Positions 1 to 15,120 of a stretch of 64,000 bases of DNA are shown here, piece after piece; position 1 is the first letter of the stretch, and every line of letters starts with the position of its first letter. Position numbers and translations under genes: made by a program. A model generated the notes under the pieces. The model was not told where the DNA came from. It saw only the letters and a list, made by a program, of their open reading frames with translations, and made no database searches. The stretch is taken from contig JAHRHZ010000069.1 in assembly GCA_024137785.1 (NCBI GenBank), positions 22,280,750 to 22,344,749 on the forward strand, read 5' to 3'. The DNA is from Ginglymostoma cirratum (Eukaryota).

Positions 1-706
1 CTAATTGTCCTTAAACTGACTTGAGTTGCTAGGCCATTTCAAAGGTCACTTGAGAGTCAACCCCGTTCCTACGGGGCTGGAGTCACATAGACAAGAGTGA
101 GTAAGTTTCTAATGTAGAAGGTTCAATAACTAAAGGATATATTTTCGAAATAATTGGCCAGGAGTCGGGATGGAAGTGAAGAGATTTTTTGTAACATGGC
201 AAGTCGATATGGTCTGGAAAGAGTGGTACAAGATTCAACAGTAATGTAGAAGGCACTGTGTGCTTGAAGAAGAAAACTTTACAGTGCCAAGGGGAAAGAG
301 CAGGGAGTGGAACTGTTAGGATAACTCTTTTAAAATACTGCACAATGTGCAAAAAGGCCTTTTATTGTGCAGTGTGATTCTGTGATCTTCATTATATTTT
401 TATATTATTAACAAATTGGTCAATGATCTTATAAATTATCTGAAGCCAATGAACTATAGAAGTAGTTAATTGTATATGAAGAGCTTTGAGATGTCTCATG
501 ATGTGTTTATCAGTACAAATCTTTTCCTTCTCTCATTGCTGATGTTACAGTAATTAGACAACGCTTAGAACCTTGAATCAACTGGAAGACTATTTTTGCC
601 ATTCTACCAGTGCATTCAGGTCTCACAAGCAACAAGGGTCATTGAGCTACTTAATCTGTAGTTAAATATATTACGTGGTGTGGCACTTCATTACCAGTGA
701 ATCCTT

Positions 707-821
707 TCAGAACCCTCTTCCCCTCCCCCATTTCTGATGAAGGGTTTCGGCCCGAAACGTCAAGTTTTCCTGCTCCTATGATGCTGCTTGACCTGCTGTG
801 TTCATCCAGCCCCATGCTTGT
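707..821 (+). mobile_element. Short Penelope-like pLTR-derived insertion with hammerhead motif
   Basis: Near-identical to the copy at 23577 and similar to 61104. TSD aatcctt at 700-706 and 822-828. Confidence 0.75.
730..765 (+). ncRNA. Minimal type I hammerhead ribozyme motif, intact core
   Basis: attt-CUGAUGA-a-GGG uuucgg CCC-GAAAC-GUC-aagu. All conserved core bases present; stem III reduced to palindromic ACGU; predicted cut after C761. Confidence 0.7.
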
Positions 822-3502
822 AATCCTTAACCTACACCTGAATTCTTCAATTAGCCCTGGTAGCTCAAGGTTATGGTGAGGAACTGTGAGCTGGCTGTGT
901 GCATATGTGGGACAATAGAACTGAGATTAAATGGGATGGATCTCACTGTTCCTAAATTCAAATCTCAAAGAATAAACTCTTAAGTGAAGTACCATGAAGC
1001 TTCAATGGAATTATATCTCAGCAGGATTTGTAGCTTCTACAGAGGAGGGGTAAGGTGAAGCATCTGAGAAAAGTGGGAAGAAGCAGGTTTTGATAGCCAA
1101 ATCTCAAAAGCAGACTTGAAGTGTATAGAATAAAGCCATTTGGCCAGGAACACCATAAGTGGTTAGTATAGCGTTTTTGATGCCAACACTGACAGATGGG
1201 GCAGTCTGCTGGAGACCACAGTTCTCATGCTGCTATCACATAGAGCCTTTATCTGTCTTGACATTTGCCTAGTGGATTTCATAAATGTGATAATTTTGCC
1301 TTAAATGGTCTAATATTCTATCTGCTGCGTTTGACACTTTTTTGGTTTAACCTGAGCTCTGCTGCACACCAGTAGTGACTAATCAGCTTGTAATGGTGTG
1401 AGAAAGATCAGACACAGTGAACTATTTATAAAACGATGCATCTCTGCAGTGCAGAATAGTGCATCAATATTTAAGTAACTGATGTTGAATTGTACCCAAT
1501 TACAATTTCAGTGATATCCAATGTGATATGTACCTATGGTAAAACTGTTAGGGGCAGATAGAGTCAAAGAATATCTATCTTTTAAATCTGTATTTATCTT
1601 TATTGAGGACAGAGAGCTTAGCCTCTCTGCAAAGAGAACTCGAAACCGTCCCAGAGTCCAATGTTCCACAGCCCTTCTAAGTTGACACAATATTCAGGGT
1701 GCTTCATTTTATCTCTGTGTCCTTGGACAAAGAGGGGAAAAGTTCAGCTGTGATTTTTCACTTGTGATTGGCATGCATGGCCCTTGCTGAAAACTTGTAG
1801 GAGTGAATGCATGTCACCAGACTTGGCTAGCTCTCTGCCCTGAAAGGAGAACCTCCAAAAAGGCAGAGTGCTGGAGGGCTGACACCAGTATTCGTGTAAG
1901 AGGAGAGACAAGGCAGCAATTCGTGGGGCCATATTTTTGGAATAAGAAATATTCTTCAGATTTTTACAGTTTTATTTTCCAAATAGAACTTTATGGAAGA
2001 TGAAGATAAAATGGATATTGTTAAAGAATAGGGAGAGACTACAGGTAATTCAGCTTAGCACATGATTACTCAAGCAGACACCCAATCCAGATTTTGAGAG
2101 AGGCCTAAAATCATGATCTTGTAATGTTGGGAATAATATGAAGTATATACAGTGGTGGAGGGGGAAAGAGATAAAAACTACAAGTTCCATCAAAATTCTG
2201 CCTCATTAATCTCAATTTATTACATGAGATAAAATACATGCATCGCAGTCAGGATAGGAATGATTTATAGACTTTACATGGATTGTCAAATACCTTTAAC
2301 TAAATAACATTTTTAAATCAGGCTTCCAGCTGTTTCAATCATCCTTTTAATAGCATAGATAAATTATATTTAGTGCATGTGTCTGATTGATGCTGTGAAT
2401 TACACACTGGTACAATTCAACATGGTAATGACTCAGCTTCTGTAAGTTCCAAGCTCTGGCATCAAGTGGAATCCTGTAAAGCTCTGTATCTGGAAGCTTC
2501 TATGTATTTTGGCAATACCCAAAATGAGTTAGAGTTAGCTTTCAGTAGGTTGTTTACAGCCATGAGAAAGGAGGATGCATGCCTTTAATAATCATAACAT
2601 TCAAAAAGAAAGCTGGATTCTGAATGCTGAATTCTGACATTAATATCATTTGAGTTTGATCATCTTTCATACACTTTGCTAGGTATACATAATGCTAGCC
2701 TAGTTGCTGGATGGAGATTCCATGTCAGAGGTATAGCTGCACCTTTTGTTGGTTGATCCTGTTGGCAGCAACCATGGAGAAGCATTATTGCTGGGATGGA
2801 TGTATGATTCCTTATTGGAGATTGCTCATTTTGCAGGCAACGTAAGGAAGTAGGAACAAGTTCATAATGATCGGTATAAATGCTTTTCTTTGTGAACGTT
2901 ATGCTGCAGTGTAAACCTTCATATTTTTATATGACATAGCTACCAGAAGAGATTAGAGTAATGCAGAACTTTATTGAAGCAGCTCTGTCACATCTGCACT
3001 GTCATTCTGCATACATTTGTGAGGTGTTGTAATAGTTGGGTATCCATAAACCCATGAATGTTGCTCTGCTTGCACAAGCTTATGAATGAAAAATGGCTGG
3101 AAGTTATGTAAGTAGGGAAGCAAGTGAAGTTTAAGAAAAATTGAATTCCTGCAGTTTGAATGGGAACATTAAGATTCCTTTTTATTTTGCTGTTACCAGT
3201 TTCCCATAGCTGAAGTTGTGGAAACTGTTTTGCTTCTGCTTGCAGGATTTGATTTCTTAGGCCATGCAGATTTGTTTAGACTGCTAGCCTCAAGGCTGCT
3301 GATTCACAAGTCAGCATTACCTAGGATTCATTGTGCTATAATCTATCTCATCAGACTATGAACACAATGGCTGACACAGAACTTATCACGGTCCAAGAAC
3401 TATATGCTCACAACACGTTTAGAGGATTTCCTATGTTTTTTTTTAAGAAGTTGTGTTATTGCAATGCTTCTAAACGTGTGTTCTTGTTTTGCTATCTTAC
3501 AG

Positions 3503-3531
3503 GGCCGCCTCCGAAGAAAAGCCCCAAGTCG
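3503..3531 (+). CDS. MAGI1: MAGI1 29-nt micro-exon (G)PPPKKSPKS, just after PDZ2
   Basis: Acceptor ttcttgttttgctatcttacAG, donor TCG|gtaagt, phase 1 to 0. Peptide resembles mammalian GLPVPKKSPKS and joins the next exon in frame. Confidence 0.88.
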
Positions 3532-4333
3532 GTAAGTTCGCTATGAAATACGTGGATCTGTGTAATTGTTGCTCTTCCAATTTTATGATTGTTTTGCACA
3601 CATAACTGAGCTGTGTGAATATGTGTTATCTATGAGTGTGCCATCTTTGTTTGGCTGAAATGGCTGATCAAACTGATATTTAGGATAGAATGCAGAAGTT
3701 GAGACTGATGGGCAATAAATCATGTTTTTCTGCCTTATCCCTAGATTGTGTTTATTTTTTCCCCCCTTAACCAAGAAGGAGTTCCCAAAATAGATAATTA
3801 ATGCACTTTTAATGGTTGCAAGGCAACGCTGATTAAAGTCACATTTAAGTATCTTCAGGCCCGCTCCATTGTCAAAATATATTAGACCTGTGAAGGGGAA
3901 ATGTGGTTGCATTTCCTATCAAATCATAGAAATGTCAGCCTTCATGTGTCTGTTTGTCAGTTTCAAATAAATTTACCCTTTGGCAGAATATATCTGTGTG
4001 CAAGCAATATGTTCACTTAGTGTATTTTGTAATTTTTATTTCATGGTTACCTTCCTCTCCTGTTAAAAGAAAGCAATTTCCTATTATTTATTTTTTGAAC
4101 CTGATATAAAATGCATAACTTGCTTTACAAGGGTTGGAAATATTATGTTCCAATACTAAAAATTCTCGTTCCCTTTCAATGCGTTATACAATTTTAATGA
4201 TGGGCTGCTGTAAAGTACCCAGCTGCAAGTAAACAACCGAACTTTGAGAAGAGACTTTTTCCAAAATGGGAGCATTGTATTGATCGCTAGCACTCACTGA
4301 AAAGCTGGAATGACCTTCTGTTCTCTTGAATAA

Positions 4334-4609
<276 letters not shown>

Positions 4610-7239
4610 TAATAAGTACACAAAATAAAGGCTGTCATTGCGTCGTTCTGATTTATGTACTTTGCAATTCAGTGTTAGTTTTTATTTAACTCACGGAATT
4701 CAATGGCATAACCAAATGTTAAAATGACGAAGTTATCTCAAGCTATCACTAAATCAGAAAATTGCTGCACCTCAGTAACGAACTATTTAGTATTTTCACG
4801 ATGACCTTTAACTCAAACGTATAATTGTTTTACTGAGTTAAATAGATTTGGACTCCACTGAATGCATTGCACTGTTAGTGACAATCAGTATGTAATGTTC
4901 CTGTGTCATTGTCTTTTAATCATGTCAATCAAAATGATTGCAAGTAACGCTTAAGTGTCATCCTGCCAAATTACATTGCAAAAAAAATTAAGAGCTGTTG
5001 GGTGAAGCAATTTAAAAGGAGCTAGAACAGTTCAGCAAGAATAGTTCCTGTCTTTAATCCCACATCTCAATTTAAAAAACAATCCTTTTTTCACTTCAGT
5101 ATTTGATTAATAGCCTCAGCAAAAGGTTAGAAATAGATGTAGACTAGAAATAGTTGTGTGGCGTATAGTAACATATTGTAAACAGAATATCATAACAAGC
5201 TGCTCCAATGTAGTGTTGTATATGGTTTTCATTTGGGGCTACAAATCATATTGTGAACAGATGCCCTGTGTAATGTGTTGAAACTGCAGTTTGGCTAAAT
5301 ACTTCCTTTTTTTATTGCACTTAGTCATTGAAGCCATTTAGTTATAGTCTTACCAAAAAAAAGGTATATATCATAAATAATAAGCAGAGAATTGGATAGA
5401 ACTTGACAGTGGAACATGGGCCTTTTCTCCCTGCTGGTTCATACCAATGTTTCAATGCTCCACTTGCACCCTATATGATCTAACCCAACCAACATAAACT
5501 CTTGCATTTCAGAAGATTTCCAGATGTTATCACTCACATATTGTTTGACCGTGCCTCTTTTTTGCACAAATGATTAATTCATGATCCATTCCGACGCACC
5601 TTCCATTTATAAATTTGCAACAAAAATCCATTTAGTTAGTTTCTTACACCTTGTGCTAAATGCAACCAAATAAGCTGGAAAACTGCTGGTGGCATGTTAG
5701 TATTCTTCTACCTCAAATGCATCTAAGCAAGAGCAGTTTGAAGAAGATTTCCCTGTCGTGAATGACACTTCATGATGCAGTGTGCTAGTGTTCTGACACT
5801 GCCAAAACACCAGGAGACATTTATTGATATCACTGTGATTAGCGTTTTAACTTTTTCACTGTAATCTACTCATGTCATAATATAATAAATCCAGTATATT
5901 AGGAACACACTCCAGGAATTGAGAAGGAATGTTTGATGTACTTGAGGAAAAGACCTTCATGTGACAGTAGTGGATTAAACTCTAAAGTTAACTTAAGTGG
6001 GAATCTCAGTAGGATTATGTGATTCAAGGAGTCTGGCCAATGTTTGCAATGTTGTGGATCACAGTATATTTCTTTTGCTTATTGATGTTTTGTCTTCTCC
6101 GAATGCAAAGAAGAACTTTTATACATTTGTCATAATTGTTCAAGGTTCAGATGAAGCAACTGGGAATATGTTGAAAGCTGCTGAGAGAACAGGAGCACGT
6201 TGGAGCTCCTAGCAGTGCCGTTGCTACAGACAGACAGACTAAAGCCAGTTGTATGTCAAATAATATGTGAATGGTAACAGAATCCCATGTGGTGGCTGTG
6301 CACTTGCGTTCAAAAAAAATACTTTAAACAAACTAAGTTTTCATCATCATAGAATTGCTAATTATATGTGCAGTACATGACATTTAACTGCTGTTCAGAA
6401 AAAGTAACAATGATAATTGCAGTAGCGATCTTATAAATGCATTTTGTTGTGTTATTAGTTGCTTCAGTTAACATTATCATCAGCCAACAATTTTTTTTGA
6501 TGGATTTGATTGTTAAATGTGATTTGTAATTCTGCTGCACTGATTATTTCCTGCAGGAAAGCTACTGATAAATCACATGAATGTGAATGAACTTTTTAAT
6601 GGCCAGTGGCACCGGACAGAAATAACTGTTTACATGCATGGTAGCGTTGAGGACAGCTAGGTGAACCAATAAATAAACCAAAGGCTCACAATGGGTGGCA
6701 AATTTCCAATGCTCATTAGTTGTGTTTCTTCGTAACCAAACTGTGGAATTTCACCCATCCACACTGGGAATTTTAAGCATGAGATGCGATTCATTCCCTT
6801 ACTGTTTGTATTTTGGAAAAAAAACCCTTATTGAATTTAGAATCCTAATTTTCTCATTCTCCTACTGTTCCAGTGCTGTGCATCTCTTGAGCATCATTTC
6901 TTGTTCTTGATGTATTTGATTTTCTTCATGTTAAATCATACTCTTACTTTTCCTCGCTCCTAATTTATGTGTAATTCCTATATGTTTCTTTTTATTCCAA
7001 CATTTAGTCCATTTTATGTCATAACATAGGGAAATTGTGTACTTGTGGACTACAGTTATTAGCTCAATATTTTCCTTCCTTGAAGATTTACATGTTTTCC
7101 CTTCAGTTTGTCTTTAGAAATGGGAGAAGGTGAAGGGACAAAACATCTCAGAAATTGAGAAGACTGAGGGGGAGAAAAACATCCAATGTAAGAAAGGTAG
7201 TAAATCATACAAAGGAAGAGGTGCTGGAAACCTCCTCCA

Positions 7240-7360
7240 CAGAGGAATAGGAGTAGGCCATTCAGCCCATCAGACCTGCTGCACTATTATATTGATCGTA
7301 GCTGATCAAACACTTCAATGCCTTTTCCCCACACTACCCCACAACCCTTAACATTGCTGC
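7240..7360 (-). mobile_element. CR1 LINE 3' end fragment
   Basis: ggagtaggccattcagccc is the CR1 3' terminal motif in reverse. Confidence 0.6.
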
Positions 7361-7424
7361 CAGTTAGCAGTTTAACTGTAGGAAACACCACAGCTAAATG
7401 TGATAGTGCCCTTGCCCCATATTA

Positions 7425-7717
7425 ACAGTGTGGGAGCAGGCCATTCGGCCCATCTCATTCACACTAACCCTCTGAAGAGCATCTCACCCAATTCCAGCCC
7501 CCTACTCTATCCCTGTATCTCTGCATTTCCCACAGCCAGTCTACTTAACCTGCACATCTTCGGACCGTAGGAGAAAACTGGACCACCCGGAGATAACCCA
7601 CGCAGACGCAGGGACGATGTTCAAACTCCACACAGACAATAGCCCTCGAGTGGAATCGAACCCAGGTCCCTCGTGCTGAGAGGCAGCAGTGCTAACCACT
7701 GAGCCATAGTGCCACCC
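7425..7717 (-). mobile_element. HE1-like tRNA-derived V-SINE
   Basis: Reverse strand shows box A TGGCTCAGTGG, box B GGTTCGATTCC, V-domain (tgtgtggagtttg...gatgtgcaggtt) and a CR1-like tail. Confidence 0.85.
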
Positions 7718-8803
7718 ATGTATAATCATGAATGCCAAACTTCTGGCAGTGTTTTAGTGAATAGTAGTCAGGACTAGGGCTAATAACTGAGTTTTATTTG
7801 CCTTCCCTCACCTTCAAGGCACTGAGGTCCAGTGCAGTCTTCCTAGATTTAGCACAGCTAAAGTTTGAACCTGGAGCCATTTTGATTTAAGTGGCTCAGC
7901 AAGAGGGTAATCCATTAACTTACTGATGCCATCAAATTAACATCCTTTAGATAAATTTCAATTACTTAATATATATTTTATCTCAAACTAATTTAACTTA
8001 ACCAATTGTGTCTCTTGTTTTGATTTTGCATTCACCCTGTCAGCAACTTCATTGGGAGCTGAAGTGTCAGAATTTTGAGTAATGTAGATGGTTAGGTGCG
8101 TATAAAATGATTGCTGATGTAGTAATTGCTCAGTGGATACTTGGAGGAGCAAGGTGACAGATAAATGATTTAAGTACTGCTGATATTCAACAGTAGGCAT
8201 GAGGGAATATTATTATTATTATTATCATTATCAATAAAAGAACTGTCCTAACAATGCAGACATTAAAATTTATGACCAATTGGGCCATTGATTTCACTCA
8301 ACTTTTAACCAGTTAAAAATCTAATTGAATGCACAGTGTAGAAGTATGTGCAGCTGACATTTTGATTTCTCGAATGGTATAACCAGATTCGCCATGAGTT
8401 GTAGAATGCTCCAAATAGCTGCTACTTAATCAGGTTATAATCTTACTTGCACTGCCTGGTATAATTCTAACAGGACATCTGCTATCCACCACTGAGAAAG
8501 AAGGTGAGGTCCGGTCAAAGTGTCAGAGATTTATTGTCAGCAATGCCCTTATTGAGTTTCTACCCTGCAGCCAACTTGGAGACATTGCCATGATTCACAG
8601 CCTAGCTGTTGCAGTAAATTGCAGCACTAAAACCACAGTCTGTGATTTAGACCTAAAATCAATTGGGGATGGTGACACTGATTCTAACAGTGGAAGCCTT
8701 TAATTTGATAGTGCCATTTTCTGAACCATTCTAAAGCTCTTAAAACTGTCGGTACAGCAAACAAAATACTGTCTCTGTCCAGTTGTTAATGAAAGCCAAT
8801 TGA

Positions 8804-8962
<159 letters not shown>

Positions 8963-10988
8963 TAAAGTTGACTTGCTATTGCTTTTATTTGTAACGCTAC
9001 ATTTGGGAAATTACAATTTACCCTGTTTCTATATTGAATATGATGTGAAACAAAGGCGTACTTCCCATTGTAAAATGACAAGTTGTATACCAATTATTTG
9101 TGTATTATATTTTGACACAGCTTTGGTAAATTCAGTATTGTCTGTGACATGAGCTGAGCTTATGGAGCTAATTGGTGTTGAATTCATTTTTATCACACAC
9201 ACAGTAAACTGAATTCGTTTTCCAGTCTTAGTGGCCAGTCCTACAGAGGAAAGGAGTACCTCCAAAGTGATAAGTCACCTTCCTTCCCTTTAGATAGTAA
9301 CAAAACTTATTCTCTTGCTTTTAATGAAATTTAGTACCTTCCTGAATGCCAAGTACATTTCTGACAGTAATGGTTTGGCATATTTGGCTGCCCAAATAGC
9401 ATTAGGAGCATTTTCACTAAGTTACATAAGTTATGCTTTTTTTTAATCTTAGAAATCCATATGTGAGCCCAGCTATACAAGAGTCTAAATTATTTCTGAT
9501 TCATCTGTAACGATGCATATCAACAGGAACATCTACTGCTTTAGGTTCAATAGGCTTTATTAATAATATATTGTCATTTTCATTATCAAGTTTGGTTGCA
9601 GGTTGAGGAGAGCAAAATTATCAGAATAAATGGAGGCTAAACTTAACTTGCTTTAAAACTCTGCACATTTCAGGATATTTTTCATAAATTCAATTCTTGA
9701 AATCTCCTCTTTTCACGAAGTTTGGGACCTGGGGCTTTGCCACATTTAACTGTAGCCAGCCAGAGTTTCCATACCCTCGGGGCGTGGAACAGCTGCCCTC
9801 ACACAGCACTCCTTGTGGGCAGGAGGAACAGAATGCCCTCCTCCCAGCTCCTCAGACTCCCTCAGCAGTAAAACCCCTTCCTGAAGCAAGCGATGATTGC
9901 TACTGCCCTCCACCTCCACCCTAGTAGCATGCGGTTTGTTTCCCCAACTCGGGGATTGAAATGTCTTCAGGTGGGGAAACCTACTTATGACTTTGGATAC
10001 ACAGTTTCATTGTAAGATAGCACAGCATGCCACCAGCCACCCACTGCAGCCACTCATCCCTACTCTCAGCACATCAGCCAAGAAGAATTACGCCAGCACG
10101 TCAGCCGAATTAACATTTAGATTTAACATAAAGATTTAAAGTTCTCTAAGTTTAAAACTGTACTGAATTTGTAGCTATGGCAGTTTTGAAGATTATCTGT
10201 ATTTTAAGTTGAACAAAGATTCCCTGCTGTGTAGTCTTTTAAGTGTCAAATTCTGAATTTGCATCTGTTGTTTCATTAAAAATTCATTGTTGAGGGTATA
10301 AGGAACTCATTTTCACTCTTCAGTGCATAAACATGCAGACTGTGATTACACACAGTCTTCCCACTGAAGTTTGTATAATCACTGCAGTTACCACAAAATG
10401 GTAAATGTTTTGAATGATCATTTCAATAAATTTGGCTTTGCAAGCTATTGAAGTAACTAGTTGAGTTCCTGAAATATTTTGAATATTCTCCAATTTTCAG
10501 TTTCCCACAAAATACTCCATTCTTGTGCTTTTCTGTTCTCATTGGAGCAATAGTCTTGGGTACAAAAATACTACACTTCTTTCAGAAAATAATTAAACAT
10601 TTCTTACAGGCCTCACATTTTTTTGTATTTTGTCTTGGACTCTGCAGTAAAAGCGTGGAGTCAATGGCAATGTTTTTATTTTGTTAAACAGTGAAAGAAC
10701 CATAGTATTTTCATCTGCTTAAGATGAACATACAAGATTAGTCCAAAATGCCATTACTTCAGTGGGCACTACATTTGACTCGTGGATGTATGTATTCTGT
10801 GTGTTCTGTTTAATTCTACTCGTAATATCTCCATTTTTTAAATGACTGCAATCTGTTAATGCGCTTTTGTTAGAACTACATTGGGCTTTTGTTTTCCTTT
10901 TCCTTTTCCTCTTGCATTTACTTGTGAAACATGGGAATTAATTGTGCCGAATCTACTCAATTGACATGACTGGTGCTAGGCATTGTGA

Positions 10989-11261
<273 letters not shown>

Positions 11262-13059
11262 TAGCTGTCAGCGTGTGATTGGAAACGAACCACATCGCCT
11301 TGTTCTTGCAAGAAAGGTCATGTTCCTGAAATACAAAGGTTTTTGCAAAGACTTTTGTACGTTACATAGGACAAAATTATTTTGTTTTTGCCATTTTTGA
11401 ATTAAATCTGCAAAACAGTTTATTTATTAAATTACAATTTTACTCTTAGTTCATTTCATCATGTTCCTCCAACTACCTTATTTCATTTACATTCCACGTT
11501 TCAGAATCTTTGCTGCACACCCTGATGCAGTCTATTAATAAGTGGAACCAGTGGCTCTCAAAAGTTGACAGTCTTTCTTCCTAATTGTAGTTTTTCCATG
11601 ATCTATACAGTTGTTAGAACCTTTTTTTCTCCCTAAGTGCATATCCTCCAGATGAGACAAATGCTTTTATCATCTGTGCTGTACAGCTTGGGGACAGCAA
11701 CAAGCAATCTGCATCATCTTGGAATGAATGCTGGGCCAGAATTGAGATTTCTGGATGATTCACTCAGCTATGAGTCATCCAGCTGCATTCATTGAAAAAT
11801 GGCCTAAGAATCAACTTGCATTAGTGATAGTGATAAACCTGGGTAGCAGCTCATGCCAAGGACCGTTCTGTAAGTTCTTGGAAAACCTGGGAGGTAGGAA
11901 ATACTGTGTTCCTAACTTACACTTTTAGACCCTACACTTCACACGCTGACTATGTTGGAGGTTAGGAATTCTGCTGGTTTGTGTCAAAGTCTTGACAAGG
12001 CTATCATTGCCCTTGAAAACAACATTTTTTTGAAATCATGGGATGTATCATTTTCCATTGTACATGAAGCTTTTTAATCTCATGGGTTTCCTGGCATGTG
12101 TTTGAACATAGTGAGCTGCCTCGTATCTCAGAAGAGGGTGCCTTTGTGATGTGCTCAAATTTGCCACTTTTCAAATTACACACAAAACTGCCCTGAGTAA
12201 TGCGTATGTGAGATAGGGCTTGGGAATGGTTTTGAGACTCTTTGGGGATGGAAGCACACTCTCCTTCTCTGCTCTAAGGAGCCTGGCATTTTTGAATGTG
12301 ACCAACTGTTCGGCAGCATGCTAAATTTGGATGGAGCAAGGTTTGTTTGGTTGAGTTTGAAGGTCCTGCTTTTCTACCTGATGTTCACATCTGCCAGGCA
12401 TTCTCTGCAGGTTTACAACCTTAGCATTCCAACTGACCATGAGATTTCAATCTCTTATTCTCTGCCTCACCAAAGCAATCTTCCACCTGTCTAAGCACTG
12501 TCTTACTCTGCACTCGGTCTAACCTTTGCTGAAAACTACATCCGTGTTAGTATTTGTTTTGTCAGGCTAGACTGTACCAGTTGCTTCTGGCTGGCCATCC
12601 ATCTTTCACACTCTGTAAACCTCCGCCCATCCAGCATTCTGCATCGTGTATCCTGTTCATTCCTACATCTTTTCTCTGCTATAATAGCTCCAAGTCCAGC
12701 AAAGCCTCAAAGTTAAAATTGTCATTCTTTTCTCCCTTCATGGTCTCATCCCTCCCTCCCTCTCTGTAATTTCCTTCAAGCCCACAATCCTCTGAAATCT
12801 CTGTCTCCTGTCTCCTCCTTCTAATTCAGACCTTTTATGCATTCCAAATGATTTTGCTTTTACATTGGCATCCATGACTTCAGGGGTTGTCATTTTTATC
12901 TCCCAGCAGGAGTGGAAAGGGAGAGGCTGGGTATAGGCACACTTTGTAAATGGCGTTCCAAAATAGCATGATTGTCTACTGATGCTTCTGTGACCAGCTG
13001 GAACTGTTAAGTGTGGGGATAGCACTGCCCTTAAATCTCCAATGAACCTGCTGAATAGA

Positions 13060-13755
13060 GGCATAAATTGTTTTCAAAATGGAGAAAGGCTTTAAAAATC
13101 TGAAGCACAGAGGAAGTTGGGAGTCCTAGTTCTGGATTCTGTTAAGATTAACATCATTTAGCTGTTAGAAAGGCAAAGTTAGCATTCATTTTGAGAGAGA
13201 TTGGAATACAAGAGTAGTGATGTACTACTGAGGCTGTATAAGGTTCAGGTCAGACTGCGTTTAGAATATTGTGACCAGTTTTGGGCCCTGTTTCTAAGGC
13301 AGGGTGTGCAGAGGAGATTTGCAAGAATGATCCCAGGGATGAAGGGCTTGCCATATGAGAAATGATTGAGGACGCTGAACTCAAAGTAGTTGAGAAGGAT
13401 AAGGGATGAAACTTTAAGAGTACTGAGATGCCTGAATAGAGTGGATGTGGAGAAAATGTTTCCACCAGTGGGAGAGACTAAGATCAAGGGCACTCTCTGA
13501 AGGGATGTCCCTTTTAGAACTGAGATGAGGAGGAATTTCTTCAGCCAGAGGGTGGTGAATCTGTGGAACTCATTGACACGGAAGGCTGTGGAGGCCAAGT
13601 CATTGAGTGTATTTAAAACCGAGAGGGAGAGGGTCTTGATTATTAAGGGTTTTGGGGAGAATGCAGGAAAATAGGGTTGACAAACATATGAGCCATGATC
13701 GAGTAGCAGAGCAGACTCGATGGGCAAATGGAGTAATTCTGCTCCTGTAACTTGT
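13060..13755 (+). mobile_element. CR1 LINE 3' fragment within an older L2 remnant
   Basis: Decayed ORF2 end (LEYCDQFW-like) and ttcttcagccagagggtggtgaatctgtggaa. L2-like pieces lie at about 12430-12870 and 13880-14110. Confidence 0.8.
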
Positions 13756-14757
13756 CCTGAGCTTGAGGGGTGGGGAGGGCTACTGTCACTGATGCAGTGT
13801 AGGTGTGTGACTTGGAAATGATCTGGGTCTCCAACTCCTAGCTGCAAATTAAAGACCCAAATGAAGAGTCTGAAATTCTTTCCCTAGCTCTATCCACCAC
13901 CTCCAAACCCCACTCATGCACTCGCGCTCTCTCTCTCCACCTCCTTACCCTCTTCCTCCTTTATAGACACACCTTAGAATCCTTTGATCAAGGTTGTAGA
14001 CCCCATTCCTAATGTTCAGTTTAGTGACTCAGTGCCTCTTTTTGACTGAGACCCTTTCTGTTGGCTCAGGACATTTTGCTATTAAAAGCAATCTTATAAA
14101 TGTAAGTTGTGGTTAAGTGTGTTCAAAAATGGGAATCCAAATTGATTTTTGTTTTGCTGATGTAAGGGACTGAGGCCAGTCGTACTTGCTCCATTTTCTT
14201 GTAGATTGTAACTGTCTGGTAACTTACTCAATATAGGTTGGGAATCCTTATACTTGCATGGCTCAGGTACTTGCTGAACAACTTGATTAATCTTTCAGGG
14301 AAACTCCAAGCTGTTGGTCATGAAGAGTTAAACAATATTGAATCTTACGACCCAGTTAACAAAACGAAAAGCAATTTTGTTAGAGCCAGTCACCTTGTTG
14401 AAAAGAAAAACAAAATGTAAACCATTTTTCATTCCTCTGACAACTTTTGGGATTTGGTTCCAAACTTTCCATGTTGCGGTAATTCAGTGAACCTAGAAAT
14501 TACTGCTAGCTGACCGACTGTGTGTGGCATCACATCTTAGATTAACCAAGTCTTCAGCCACATTTTGCAGATAGGATAGTAGGCCTGATGCAGATCAGAG
14601 CTAGGAACTCCAGGCTAATTTTTATGCTAACCCCCATTTCCCCTGACAAGCAATTATCATGGTAGATCTACTGCCCAAACTGACGTTAGCTAAGGATGGA
14701 TCAGTCTTCTTCCTCTCTGTAATTCTTTCAGCCTTAGAGTGCTCAAGTGTCAACTGA

Positions 14758-15120
<363 letters not shown>

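Noticed and set aside
7118-7196. Purine-rich exon-like segment (ORF 7130-7351)
   Set aside because: Both nearby acceptors give stops in the required phase 1, and the ORF continues into a CR1 tail.
8044-8078. Good pyrimidine tract and acceptor at 8043
   Set aside because: The phase-1 frame hits TGA after 11 codons with no convincing donor before it.
13245-13847. 200-aa minus-strand ORF
   Set aside because: Antisense shadow of a CR1 3' region.
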